From Pseudobdellovibrionaceae bacterium (GTDB taxonomy: Bacteria; Bdellovibrionota; Bdellovibrionia; Bdellovibrionales; Bdellovibrionaceae), in contig JBIKLL010000062.1 of the NCBI GenBank assembly GCA_044359815.1, forward strand, positions 1 to 16,511: DNA of 16,511 nucleotides. Reading direction: 5' to 3'. Below the pieces are notes generated by a model, which saw nothing but the letters and a program-made list of their open reading frames with translations, had not been told where the DNA came from and did not search any database. Within the stretch, counting starts at the first letter, position 1; every line of letters begins with the position of its first letter. Below, piece after piece: positions 7,362 through 15,589 of this stretch. Position numbers and translations under genes: made by a program.

Positions 7362-8362
7362 TCCCAATGATTTGCCATAGACTGTGGACCATGATTTTGC
7401 ACTAGTAAATGTTGATCGGTTGCAAGCTTGTTTTTTAAATGATTGTCTTTTTGGCTGCTGACTTGTTGAAGCCCCTTTTTAAAATCAAAAATAATCCATT
7501 CAGACAAATCTTGCAGGGCTTCTGTTTCAGTCGCAATCACAGGCATGCCATTGTACAGGGCTAACAATGATCTGTTGGCAGACTTTGACAGGGCAAAATC
7601 ATTTTTTGAAATGGGTAGGACCAAAGCATCCAGCGCCTTGATGGCATTGATAACACGATTGGGATTCCATGGATAGAATCGAAGCTTTAAAAACTTAAAA
7701 TGACTCTCAAGTTCCTGAAACAAAACTCTGTCGTCACTAATCACGGTCAGCGTACAGGACTGATTCTGTGCAAAGTGTTCGAGCTCATGTTTTATCGTCA
7801 GCAAGTCAAACAATCCCGATACCAGTGGCTCACCTGAGTTACCAAACCAAAGCAAATTCACCTGATTGGGAAGGGCATGTACCGGATACAAAAAACTGAG
7901 CCAGTCAGTGTCTGTCAACGAAATCGGATCAGGAATGACTTTGATAGGCTGATCAGTCAGTCGTTGAAACTGTTTTGCCAGATAGGGGCTGGGAACAACC
8001 AATGTATCGGCTAGGGGAAGCAGGCTTTCAAACAGATTTGACTGTTCAATCTTCTGAGTTATTTGCGAAATTTTATGTGTTTTGATTTCAGTTCTGTTCC
8101 AGAAGGTCAATAAATCACAAACATCAAAAATGATCTTCCCCCCGGATTTCTTAAATTGCTCAAAATTTTGTTTGTCAGATTGATAAAAATATTTGACCAC
8201 AATCATGATGTCGGAATTCCCAACGTTTTTAGGCCATTGGCTGCCAGAATAAAATTGTGATGAATAACCCAAAGGTTTTAAATTTTCCGAGGGAATCAGG
8301 CATCGGTAACGAGTGCTAGCGATTTTCTTGCTTTTTGTTCCAAGTCTCCACATTATGTTCAT
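7271..8362 (-). CDS. GT-B fold glycosyltransferase (GT4-like)
   Basis: Probable start is ATG at 8362 (MNIMWRLG…), giving 363 aa. Motifs ASTRYR, IIFDVCD, AD-x-LVVPS-x-YL, VIPD, LLWFGNSG, D-ALVLP and KSANR…ALYNGMPVIAT (nucleotide-sugar-binding segment). The 3' end overlaps alaA by 91 nt. Confidence 0.75.
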   Translation of the reverse strand: MNIMWRLGTKSKKIASTRYRCLIPSENLKPLGYSSQFYSGSQWPKNVGNSDIMIVVKYFYQSDKQNFEQFKKSGGKIIFDVCDLLTFWNRTEIKTHKISQITQKIEQSNLFESLLPLADTLVVPSPYLAKQFQRLTDQPIKVIPDPISLTDTDWLSFLYPVHALPNQVNLLWFGNSGEPLVSGLFDLLTIKHELEHFAQNQSCTLTVISDDRVLFQELESHFKFLKLRFYPWNPNRVINAIKALDALVLPISKNDFALSKSANRSLLALYNGMPVIATETEALQDLSEWIIFDFKKGLQQVSSQKDNHLKNKLATDQHLLVQNHGPQSMANHWDQVFKLLNKDSILANTSVNVSLSGKNVTLK

Positions 8363-8366
8363 TACG

Positions 8367-9269
8367 ATGAGTGTAGACCTACAACAAACAACTCTCAATA
8401 AATGTCCTGCTTGCAACAGCAATCAGATGACTGTTTGGCGCAAGGCTTCAGATCGACAGCAGCAGGTATCAAAAAATCAGTTTACCTATGTCAGATGCAG
8501 AATGTGTCAGAGTCTGTTTTTAAAGGATCCAGTCATTCAAAAACAAACAGGGTTGCTGTATCCAACGAACTATTCGCCCTATTTTAAATCTGGAATCGCT
8601 GATCCATTAAATCGTTTGTGGCCGCCCATCAGAAATTTTGTATCACAGCTTAAACCGGGAGCTGTGCTTGATTATGGCTGCGGGGATGCCGAAGTGCTGG
8701 ATGGATTTAAATCAAAGGGTTGGGATACCTGGGGGTTAGATTTTAACGATTCTGTTTTGCAGTCTTTGCGAAGCTTTGGCCATAAAGCTTGTGATGAGAG
8801 TCAGTTTCACAATTTGACAGAGCAAAGTTTTGATCTGGTCAGAATGAATCATTCATTGGAACATCTGCCCAACCCTGTGGGGACAGTTTCAGAAATTTTT
8901 AGAATTCTGAGGCCCAATGGATACTTGTTAATAGCGCTGCCTAATTCTAAAAGTTTAAGTGCAGCCGTGTTTGGTGCCAATTGGTGGGGTTTGGATTGTC
9001 CCAGACATTTAGTGTTATTTTCTCCGGCTGCCTTGAATAGGGTTTTACAGAGTGCAGGATTTAAATCCGTCAGAATGTTGATGGAGCCTTCTCAGAGGGA
9101 CATTGCCAGATCAATTGCGGAATTTTTAAGACATCAAAAATTTATAAACAGTGATCAGTATCAGAAATTAATTGCAAACAAATGGCATTTAAGATTTTGC
9201 AAGGTGATTGCTTTGTTTTCGTCCTGGATCAAAATGACAGACAGAATTCAGATAATTGCACAAAAATAG
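8367..9269 (+). CDS. Class I SAM-dependent methyltransferase with N-terminal Zn ribbon (type often found with surface-glycan genes)
   Basis: Probable start is ATG at 8367 (MSVDLQ…). Zinc ligands CPAC…CRMC, SAM motif I VLDYGCGDA, then FDLVRMNHSLEHLPNP, LRPNGYLLIALPN, W…D-x-PRHL-x-x-FS and L-x-x-AGF. Confidence 0.85.
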   Translation: MSVDLQQTTLNKCPACNSNQMTVWRKASDRQQQVSKNQFTYVRCRMCQSLFLKDPVIQKQTGLLYPTNYSPYFKSGIADPLNRLWPPIRNFVSQLKPGAVLDYGCGDAEVLDGFKSKGWDTWGLDFNDSVLQSLRSFGHKACDESQFHNLTEQSFDLVRMNHSLEHLPNPVGTVSEIFRILRPNGYLLIALPNSKSLSAAVFGANWWGLDCPRHLVLFSPAALNRVLQSAGFKSVRMLMEPSQRDIARSIAEFLRHQKFINSDQYQKLIANKWHLRFCKVIALFSSWIKMTDRIQIIAQK

Positions 9270-9283
9270 TGTCGGGCAAAAAC

Positions 9284-10585
9284 CTATTTTGTTGAGCTGT
9301 TCAGAACGACTGTGATCTCTGTCCCTAACCCTTTTGCGGATTTAATTGTAAGATCTCCGGCCCATTCTTTAAGGGCTTTAATGCTGCTGGACAGCCCAAT
9401 GCCGTTTCCGGAATTCTTGGTCGAATGTCCTTGAGTGATCAAGGCAAGATCCTTTGACTCTATCCCACAGCCATTATCAGAAACGGTGATTTTAAGTTTG
9501 CTCTGTGGAGTTAAATCTAACTTGATTGTGATGGATTCCGCAGTGGAATGTTCTATGGCATTGTTTAAAAGATTGGTGATGATCCTTTGAAGCTGAAACG
9601 AGTTTCCGCAAAAATACAGATGATTTGGTATCAGCTTGTTTTCAATTTTTATTTTAATATTTGGGGCAATCATCGAAAATTCAGTCAAGGTATTGTCTAA
9701 AATCTGCTTTATCTGTTTGGCAGTCAGCCATTCGGTTTCCGCTTTTTTAAGTTTCTTTTTTGCCAGCAGTAAGTCATCGCTCATGTGTTTAATTCTGTCT
9801 GTTGCTAAACTGAGCAATTTAAACTCTGCTGATTCGGGATTTAATTTTGATGCTACCGCTGAAATGGCCATCAACGGGCTTCTGATGTCGTGGGCTAAAT
9901 TTACAGCCGTTGTGGTTAACAAATTTTCCCGTTCTTTTTCCACCAGCATTTTTTGATGTCGGTTGATTTCGTCAGCCAGTCCGGTGACAAAGGACCATAA
10001 TTTTGAAAACGAAGCTTTTGCGGGCACTTCCAGATTGGTGATTCTGATCAGATGTTTGATGGAATTTGACAGGTGCGAATAAAAATAAAAATACAGCATT
10101 AGAACTGATAAAATGAACAGCAAAAAACCCACCGACAGAACCTTTAGCGAAACTGATTGTCCCTGGATGTCTTTGCAAAAAGTCATGTTAGAGCTAAAGT
10201 ACTGAAACTGAGCGCACTGACCCGATTTCATAAGGAAAGAGTTCCCGCTTTCAAAAAAGCCAGCATTGCGTTTGTCTTTGGATTTAAAATAATAATTTTT
10301 GTCATCCAATCCAAGACTGGCCACAAAGGATCTTAAATTATTGGTTTCCAGATATTGTCTGTTTGATTTAGCCAGCATCAAAAATTCTTTTTCAACGATC
10401 TGGCTGGCTTGCTGATCAATCATAAAATACACAATCATGTGTGAAGCAAACAGTGTGATGATCCCTACGGACAAAATAGTGACTAAAATATTAACTGGGT
10501 CCATAAAAAACGCAGTCAAACGATTGCGATTAAACCAGCTTGATTTAAATTTTTGCATTAGTTGGTTAATTAAATCGGATTTCAT
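9284..10585 (-). CDS. Membrane-bound sensor histidine kinase
   Basis: Two transmembrane segments flank a short periplasmic loop. H-box LAHDIRSPL, N-box ITNLLNNAIEH, G1 VSDNGCGI, G2 GNGIGL and G3 GLGTEITV are all present. The start overlaps the upstream SBP gene by 20 nt. Confidence 0.92.
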   Translation of the reverse strand: MKSDLINQLMQKFKSSWFNRNRLTAFFMDPVNILVTILSVGIITLFASHMIVYFMIDQQASQIVEKEFLMLAKSNRQYLETNNLRSFVASLGLDDKNYYFKSKDKRNAGFFESGNSFLMKSGQCAQFQYFSSNMTFCKDIQGQSVSLKVLSVGFLLFILSVLMLYFYFYSHLSNSIKHLIRITNLEVPAKASFSKLWSFVTGLADEINRHQKMLVEKERENLLTTTAVNLAHDIRSPLMAISAVASKLNPESAEFKLLSLATDRIKHMSDDLLLAKKKLKKAETEWLTAKQIKQILDNTLTEFSMIAPNIKIKIENKLIPNHLYFCGNSFQLQRIITNLLNNAIEHSTAESITIKLDLTPQSKLKITVSDNGCGIESKDLALITQGHSTKNSGNGIGLSSSIKALKEWAGDLTIKSAKGLGTEITVVLNSSTK

Positions 10586-12131
10586 AAAACCTTGTATTGG
10601 TATCCAGCTTGTTCCATCGATCCAGATTGATTGCTTTGCTGTGATAAAAGCGTTGAGAACCTACCCACAAAGGGATTGCTATGCTGTTTTCAAGAATTCG
10701 ATCATGTAAGAGTTTGAAATTTCGATTTCTGTGTTCTTGAGTGGTTGATTCAAAAATATTTTTTAAATCAGCCAGATAGATGGATCTCCAATCCCTGAAT
10801 AAACCAGTTTTTGGATGGGCCAGATAAGACCATGAACCCGAGGGATCATATTGATTGCCCATAAAGCCATAAACTTTGCCAACATAATCTGACGGTAGAG
10901 TGTCGGAATCATAATTTGTGGGATCCAGAATCAGTTTGCAGTTCTGTGCTTTAAAGGCATTCACCAATCCCTCAGTCAGCAATTTATTGCTGGAAAGGGA
11001 TTTGAAGACCTTCAAGGTGATGGTTTTGCCTTTGAGCAAACTAAGATTAGGCCGATGATTGGGGACTGAATCAACACGCCCCTCAAAGCCAAAAGGGATT
11101 AACTGATTTTCAATTTTCAGGCCCTCTGACTCCAGCGAACTGTCAGAAACAGTGTTTTGATAATTTTGGATGACCGAATGAATGGCCTGTCTGAATTGTT
11201 TGCTTTGTGCGGAAGGATTCTTCTGATTGAACAACAGGTACAGAATCAAGGTTGGGTGGCCGTCAAATTTTGAAATCTCTGTGTGGGTCAGTTTGTTTGA
11301 AACTTCGGGGTTCCAGGTATCATAAACAGTTAACAAATCAGTTTTGCTATCCAATAAAGCCTGGATCCGATCATTGGTGGAATCATGATGAGTCAGTTCT
11401 ATTTTTTGGGGAATGTCCTCATTGTAAAGCACAGAAAACTTGTTGGCTTTAAGTACCAAAGTCCTTTGTTCTGAATCCCATCTTTCCACATAATAAGCGC
11501 CAATGGTTTTAGACCAGTTATTTTTATAAGAAAATTTCGAGAAAAGCCCCGATTCCGCCAGGGACAGTTCATGCAGGACTTCTGAACCAGTTGGATTTTT
11601 AAAATACAATTTCAATATTCTGGTTGAATCGTCATAGGTGTATTTTTGAATGGCCTTAAGATTTTGGATATGAGCTTTTTGGGTGCTGGCCAGTTTGTTT
11701 ATCCAAAACAAAATTTCCATTTTAGTGACTTCGGTGCCATCGCTCCAATGCAAGTTTTTGAGTTTGAAAATCCACGTCCGTTGATCTTGTTGATAAAAAT
11801 ATTCAGCCATACAGCCTGAAAAATCTGTCAGAGACAGATTATCTGCTTTGACCAAACCACAGCTTAGGTTTTCCAGCAAATTGTGTTCTGAAACCATCTG
11901 GGTTTTATCAGGGTTCAAGGTGAAGTTATTAGATTTTCCGGTTAAAATAGGGAAGCTGATTCTAAGTGTGCTGTTGAAGTTTGTTTGCACAAACAAAAAG
12001 CCACAGGTCATCAGCAGGGCCGCAATCAAAACAAATTTTTTGCCACTAACGGCCAGTGGATTTTTGCCAATAAGGCCCAGAGTTTGTTTGGTCTTTGAAT
12101 AGTGTTTTTTAAGAAAATTAAAGAAAACCAT
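10566..12131 (-). CDS. Family-5 (OppA/DppA-like) extracellular solute-binding protein
   Basis: 521 aa with an N-terminal hydrophobic anchor/signal. SBP family-5 hallmarks: LNP…LLENL-x-x-GLV, WIFKLKNLHWSDGTEVT, IGAYYV-x-x-W, LVLKAN, YLLFN…FRQAI, and C-terminal ILENSIAIPLW. Exact start uncertain. Confidence 0.8.
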   Translation of the reverse strand: MVFFNFLKKHYSKTKQTLGLIGKNPLAVSGKKFVLIAALLMTCGFLFVQTNFNSTLRISFPILTGKSNNFTLNPDKTQMVSEHNLLENLSCGLVKADNLSLTDFSGCMAEYFYQQDQRTWIFKLKNLHWSDGTEVTKMEILFWINKLASTQKAHIQNLKAIQKYTYDDSTRILKLYFKNPTGSEVLHELSLAESGLFSKFSYKNNWSKTIGAYYVERWDSEQRTLVLKANKFSVLYNEDIPQKIELTHHDSTNDRIQALLDSKTDLLTVYDTWNPEVSNKLTHTEISKFDGHPTLILYLLFNQKNPSAQSKQFRQAIHSVIQNYQNTVSDSSLESEGLKIENQLIPFGFEGRVDSVPNHRPNLSLLKGKTITLKVFKSLSSNKLLTEGLVNAFKAQNCKLILDPTNYDSDTLPSDYVGKVYGFMGNQYDPSGSWSYLAHPKTGLFRDWRSIYLADLKNIFESTTQEHRNRNFKLLHDRILENSIAIPLWVGSQRFYHSKAINLDRWNKLDTNTRFYEIRFN

Positions 12132-12301
12132 ATTGGGAAAACAGATTATTGTTTAGTCTTGGAATTTCATAGGGGGCAGTAGGCGTTTTGAAATTTAATT
12201 AAAAGCAGTCTAAAAAAATTGTACCTATCGTTAAGTCGACTAAATCTTGCCTTTCACAGAACTGTTCAATAACCTTCATATTAAAATTTCCTGGGGGGAT
12301 C

Positions 12302-13279
12302 ATGGCCTTTAAAACGATTATATTAATATTAACCTGCATGCTTACGGGTTTGGGTGCCCAAGCGGATCAGAAAACCGAAGAACTGGTGAAACAAGTCCTG
12401 GCAACCAAAGGGACCTGTGAAAACTTTGTTCGATATGATGATCAGAATCTGTATCTGGGGTTTGGCACTTACAAGTTGGGATTGGAAGAACCTAGGGGGC
12501 CTTTAGCTTCTGAGATACTGGTAACTCCATTAAACAATCCTGCAGCAGAGTTTGCCTTAAAAACCTTGGATTCTGTCATAGAGGTCCTTCGTGACGGTCA
12601 AAATCTGTGGGTCTTGACCTATTCGGGGCTGGAGTTATGGGACTTGAACACCAAGGCCAGAACGAATGTCTATCAAACCTACGCAAAAACCGAGGTGATG
12701 AAATACCGTGAACACGCCAGGGGCATGTCCAGGTTTTTAAACCTTTTGGTGATTGCCCATGGCCGATTGGGGGTTTCGGTTTTTGATATGGATAAAAAAC
12801 GCCTCGTGTTTCAGGACAGGTTGCTACAGTCGCAGCTTCCTATTGAATCACAAGCGATGGATGTGACCGTTGTTTCTGATATGGCTTTGATTTTATTTGA
12901 TAGTTTCAGTTTGGTGGATCCCAGCAAAAAACAACCTTTTAGGGGAATTATTGCCATGGATATGAAAACCAACACCGTGGTTATGAAAGCCGATGGCTTG
13001 GCAGTCGGTGCTGACAGTCTGGCATTGGCAGGTGATGATCTGTGGATCAGCTTTATGGGTTACCCCATTGGCTTAATTAAATTACCTGATCTGTTTAAGA
13101 CTCAAAGCACTGCAGGGGTTAATATTAAATTCCCAAACATCAATTTGGGCCATCCCAGAGGCAAGGGTGTGTTGTTGGAAAAAGACTACCTGACTTGTTA
13201 TTTAAAATATTCCACAGTGCCAGGTGGGAAATCAAGAAAGGTCCCTTTAGTTTATCCGAGGTCTGAAATTGGAATCTAA
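12302..13279 (+). CDS. Secreted beta-propeller protein (LVIVD-repeat-like)
   Basis: G-rich SD (GGGGGGA) and signal peptide (…LGAQA|D). Blade-like repeats: QNLWVLTYSGLELWDL, LLVIAHGRLGVSVFDM, AMDVTVVSDMALIL…GIIAMDM, ADSLALAGDDLWIS. Confidence 0.65.
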   Translation: MAFKTIILILTCMLTGLGAQADQKTEELVKQVLATKGTCENFVRYDDQNLYLGFGTYKLGLEEPRGPLASEILVTPLNNPAAEFALKTLDSVIEVLRDGQNLWVLTYSGLELWDLNTKARTNVYQTYAKTEVMKYREHARGMSRFLNLLVIAHGRLGVSVFDMDKKRLVFQDRLLQSQLPIESQAMDVTVVSDMALILFDSFSLVDPSKKQPFRGIIAMDMKTNTVVMKADGLAVGADSLALAGDDLWISFMGYPIGLIKLPDLFKTQSTAGVNIKFPNINLGHPRGKGVLLEKDYLTCYLKYSTVPGGKSRKVPLVYPRSEIGI

Positions 13280-13802
13280 AAATATATTTATAATTTTGGG
13301 TTTATTTTTATCTATACTTGTGGGGTGCAGTTCAATGGAAGTTAATGAATACAAAAACGAAAAGCCAGAATTGGTTTTAGAACAGTATCTGAATGGTCCT
13401 TTGGTAGCTCATGGATTCTTTCAGGACAGGTGGGGCAAAGTCGTTAAGCGGTTTGTTGTCACAATGAAGGGGACCTGGGTAAACGGAGTGGGTACTCTGG
13501 AAGAAGACTTTGTTTATTCTGATTCTACAAAAAGCCGAAGGGTTTGGACCATTACAAAAACCGGTAATGGTAAATATTCGGGAAGAGCCTCTGATGTGAT
13601 TGGCGAAGCCATTGGGGAAAGCGCCGGCAATGCTTTTAGATGGAGATACACTTTGGATTTAGCGGTGGGGTCTAAAAATTATCATGTGTACTTTGATGAT
13701 TGGATGTACCTGATGGATGACAAAATCATGTTGAATCGATCCAAGATGAGCAAATATGGGGTTTTTCTTGGGGAAGTCTTTTTGACCTTTGAGAAAAAAT
13801 AA
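13269..13802 (+). CDS. DUF3833-family lipoprotein
   Basis: TTG start with GAGGT SD, lipobox LVG-C-SS. Family-typical motifs: P-x-L-x-LE-x-Y-x-NG-x-L-x-A-x-G-x-FQDR-x-G-x-V-x-x-RF, GTLEEDFVYSD, RVW, Y-x-G-x-A-x-DVIGEA-x-G, GNA-x-x-W-x-Y, FDDWMY, N-x-S-x-M-x-K-x-G. Confidence 0.85.
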   Translation: MESKNIFIILGLFLSILVGCSSMEVNEYKNEKPELVLEQYLNGPLVAHGFFQDRWGKVVKRFVVTMKGTWVNGVGTLEEDFVYSDSTKSRRVWTITKTGNGKYSGRASDVIGEAIGESAGNAFRWRYTLDLAVGSKNYHVYFDDWMYLMDDKIMLNRSKMSKYGVFLGEVFLTFEKK

Positions 13803-13805
13803 TTT

Positions 13806-14315
13806 GTGATTAAGTTTTTAAAGGAATTTTTTCTGCCAATATGGGCCAACTTGGGTTGGTTTCTGTGTGTTTTTTCGACGCTGGTGGGGATGGATTGGTT
13901 GTCGCTTCTGGTTCCGGCGATCGCATGGTTAGTATTGCTTAAGCAGCAAAAAAATTCCTCTGTTTTAATATTGGTTTTACTGGCCATTGTTGGCTGTGTT
14001 TTTGATCAATTGTTTTATATGCGTGGGTTTGTAGTTTTTAATTTGCACTCAGGCGCTTTGATTCCCCTGTGGCTGGTATCCATGTGGTTTTTGTTTGTGA
14101 CAATGATTCCGACCATCAGTCGATTTTTTAAAAACAGATGGTTATTGGCGGTGGTTTTAGGGGCAATTATGGGGCCATTGGCCTACAAGGGCGGCGAGCC
14201 TTTCAATGTAATTATGCTGCAACAAAATGCCTTAATAGTTTTTGCGGTTTTTTGGGGATTGTATTTTCCCTCAGCACTTTGGCTTTTTCAGCGGCAGGTG
14301 AAAACCCAGTCATGA
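13806..14315 (+). CDS. DUF2878-family inner-membrane protein
   Basis: GTG start 3 bp after the previous stop, with 5-6 hydrophobic segments. Motifs GWFLCV, G-x-x-FD, PLWL-x-x-MW-x-LF and LGAIMGPLAY-x-GG are typical of DUF2878, which commonly neighbours DUF3833. Confidence 0.75.
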   Translation: MIKFLKEFFLPIWANLGWFLCVFSTLVGMDWLSLLVPAIAWLVLLKQQKNSSVLILVLLAIVGCVFDQLFYMRGFVVFNLHSGALIPLWLVSMWFLFVTMIPTISRFFKNRWLLAVVLGAIMGPLAYKGGEPFNVIMLQQNALIVFAVFWGLYFPSALWLFQRQVKTQS

Positions 14316-15589
14316 AATTTATAATGGCAGCAGTTTTTATATTGCTGAATCCTTTGCTCGTCACAGCTGAATTTTCTGGGCAACTCCAGTTAGGCCATCA
14401 GCAGTTCGCAGATGAAAAACCAGCATACCAATCGGCCATAGACTTTATAAATTTGGATTCAGAATACAAATACGACTTTTTAGGTTTGCGCCTGCAAACA
14501 GCACCATGGGTTTCCGCAATGCCAGGTCTTAAAGACGAAGCGCAAAAGATCAGATTTGAACCCAGGGATACTTTTGCTCAGTACAGACGGGGCTCGGCAG
14601 TCATCCGATTGGGATATAATTTAGTCACTTGGACTTCCACGGATTTTTTAAATCCACTGGATATTGTGCACCAGAAAGACTGGACTGATCCGTTTAAACC
14701 GATTTCCCGCAGTTCGCCCTCGGTCATGTACATGCAGTCTTTTGGGGATTTTTCGATGGAATGGATTTTTATTTTTCGAGCCACCGAATCCCGATTTGCA
14801 GGGGCGCACAGTCCCTGGTGGCCAAGGGATTTAAATTTACCCCTACAGACCAATGATGTTCAGTTTTTACTGCCCAAAGATCCCTTGTTTGAAGTTGTTG
14901 GCGGTGAAGAATTAAATCATGCACTCAGCAATAATATCGCAGCTAATTTTAAATACAGATGGGATTTTGCAGAAATTCAAGTCGCAGGATTTGATGGAAG
15001 CGCCACACCGCTTTTAAATGTTTCCAGAATTCAAGGAACAACTGTTGCGATCGGGCCACCGACTGTCATTCAGCTGAATCAGGTTATTCAGATTAAGCCA
15101 GTTTATTTTAGAGTGCAAAAAATTGCGGGGTCCCTGCAGTTTGAGTTTTATAAAACTTTGTTTAAGTTAGCAGGCAATCATCAACAGGCTGTGACTCAGG
15201 ATATTCGGATTGCTGGCTGGTCACAGAATCAGGCTTTGTCGGCTGAAAAGAATTTTATTTTTAAATCTGGAATTTTGACTGTGATCGCCCAGCATTTGAT
15301 CAGCAAAACCCAGGATCAAGACACCATCAGCGGTACTGGACAAATTTGGCAGTCAGCTCATTTGTTGGGAATGCGATGGGCAAGGGAAAGCGGTAGTTCC
15401 ATGATGTTGGGTCTGGTGAATGAGCCAAAGTCTAAATTAAATTTTGGGTATTTTAATTGGAAATTCAAAATCCAAGACTGGCTGGATATAGACAGCAGTG
15501 CCCAGGTGATTTCAACCTCGGAAAATCCATTGATGCAAGCATTCCGAGATCACGACAATTTTAGTTTGCAAACAACTATTTATTTTTGA
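14312..15589 (+). CDS. Putative outer-membrane beta-barrel/porin (DUF1302-like)
   Basis: The real start is probably ATG at 14312 (ATGA overlap with the upstream stop), giving a signal peptide and 425 aa. Motif RLG-x-x-x-V-x-W-x-x-x-D-x-x-NP-x-D-IV, many amphipathic strands, C-terminal …SLQTTIYF beta-signal. Confidence 0.6.
   Translation: MKFIMAAVFILLNPLLVTAEFSGQLQLGHQQFADEKPAYQSAIDFINLDSEYKYDFLGLRLQTAPWVSAMPGLKDEAQKIRFEPRDTFAQYRRGSAVIRLGYNLVTWTSTDFLNPLDIVHQKDWTDPFKPISRSSPSVMYMQSFGDFSMEWIFIFRATESRFAGAHSPWWPRDLNLPLQTNDVQFLLPKDPLFEVVGGEELNHALSNNIAANFKYRWDFAEIQVAGFDGSATPLLNVSRIQGTTVAIGPPTVIQLNQVIQIKPVYFRVQKIAGSLQFEFYKTLFKLAGNHQQAVTQDIRIAGWSQNQALSAEKNFIFKSGILTVIAQHLISKTQDQDTISGTGQIWQSAHLLGMRWARESGSSMMLGLVNEPKSKLNFGYFNWKFKIQDWLDIDSSAQVISTSENPLMQAFRDHDNFSLQTTIYF

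Noticed and set aside
8313..8422. Long N-terminal extensions of the GT (to 8422) and MTase (from 8313) implying a 110-nt head-to-head overlap; also ORF 8402-8587
   Set aside because: The extensions start at non-ATG codons and precede the natural domain starts; ATG 8362 and ATG 8367 fit better. ORF 8402-8587 is an out-of-frame ORF inside the MTase.
9636..10709. ORFs 9636-9956 (+), 9972-10178 (-) and 10437-10709 (+)
   Set aside because: Antisense or alternate-frame shadows of the kinase and SBP genes. None resembles a response regulator.
11252..12102. Plus-strand ORFs 11252-11452 and 11848-12102
   Set aside because: Antisense to the SBP gene, with no motifs.
13682..14853. Minus-strand ORFs 13682-13987 and 14578-14853, and the 14138-14311 extension of the OMP ORF
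   Set aside because: Shadows of operon genes. The OMP start at 14312 gives an ATGA coupling and a signal peptide.
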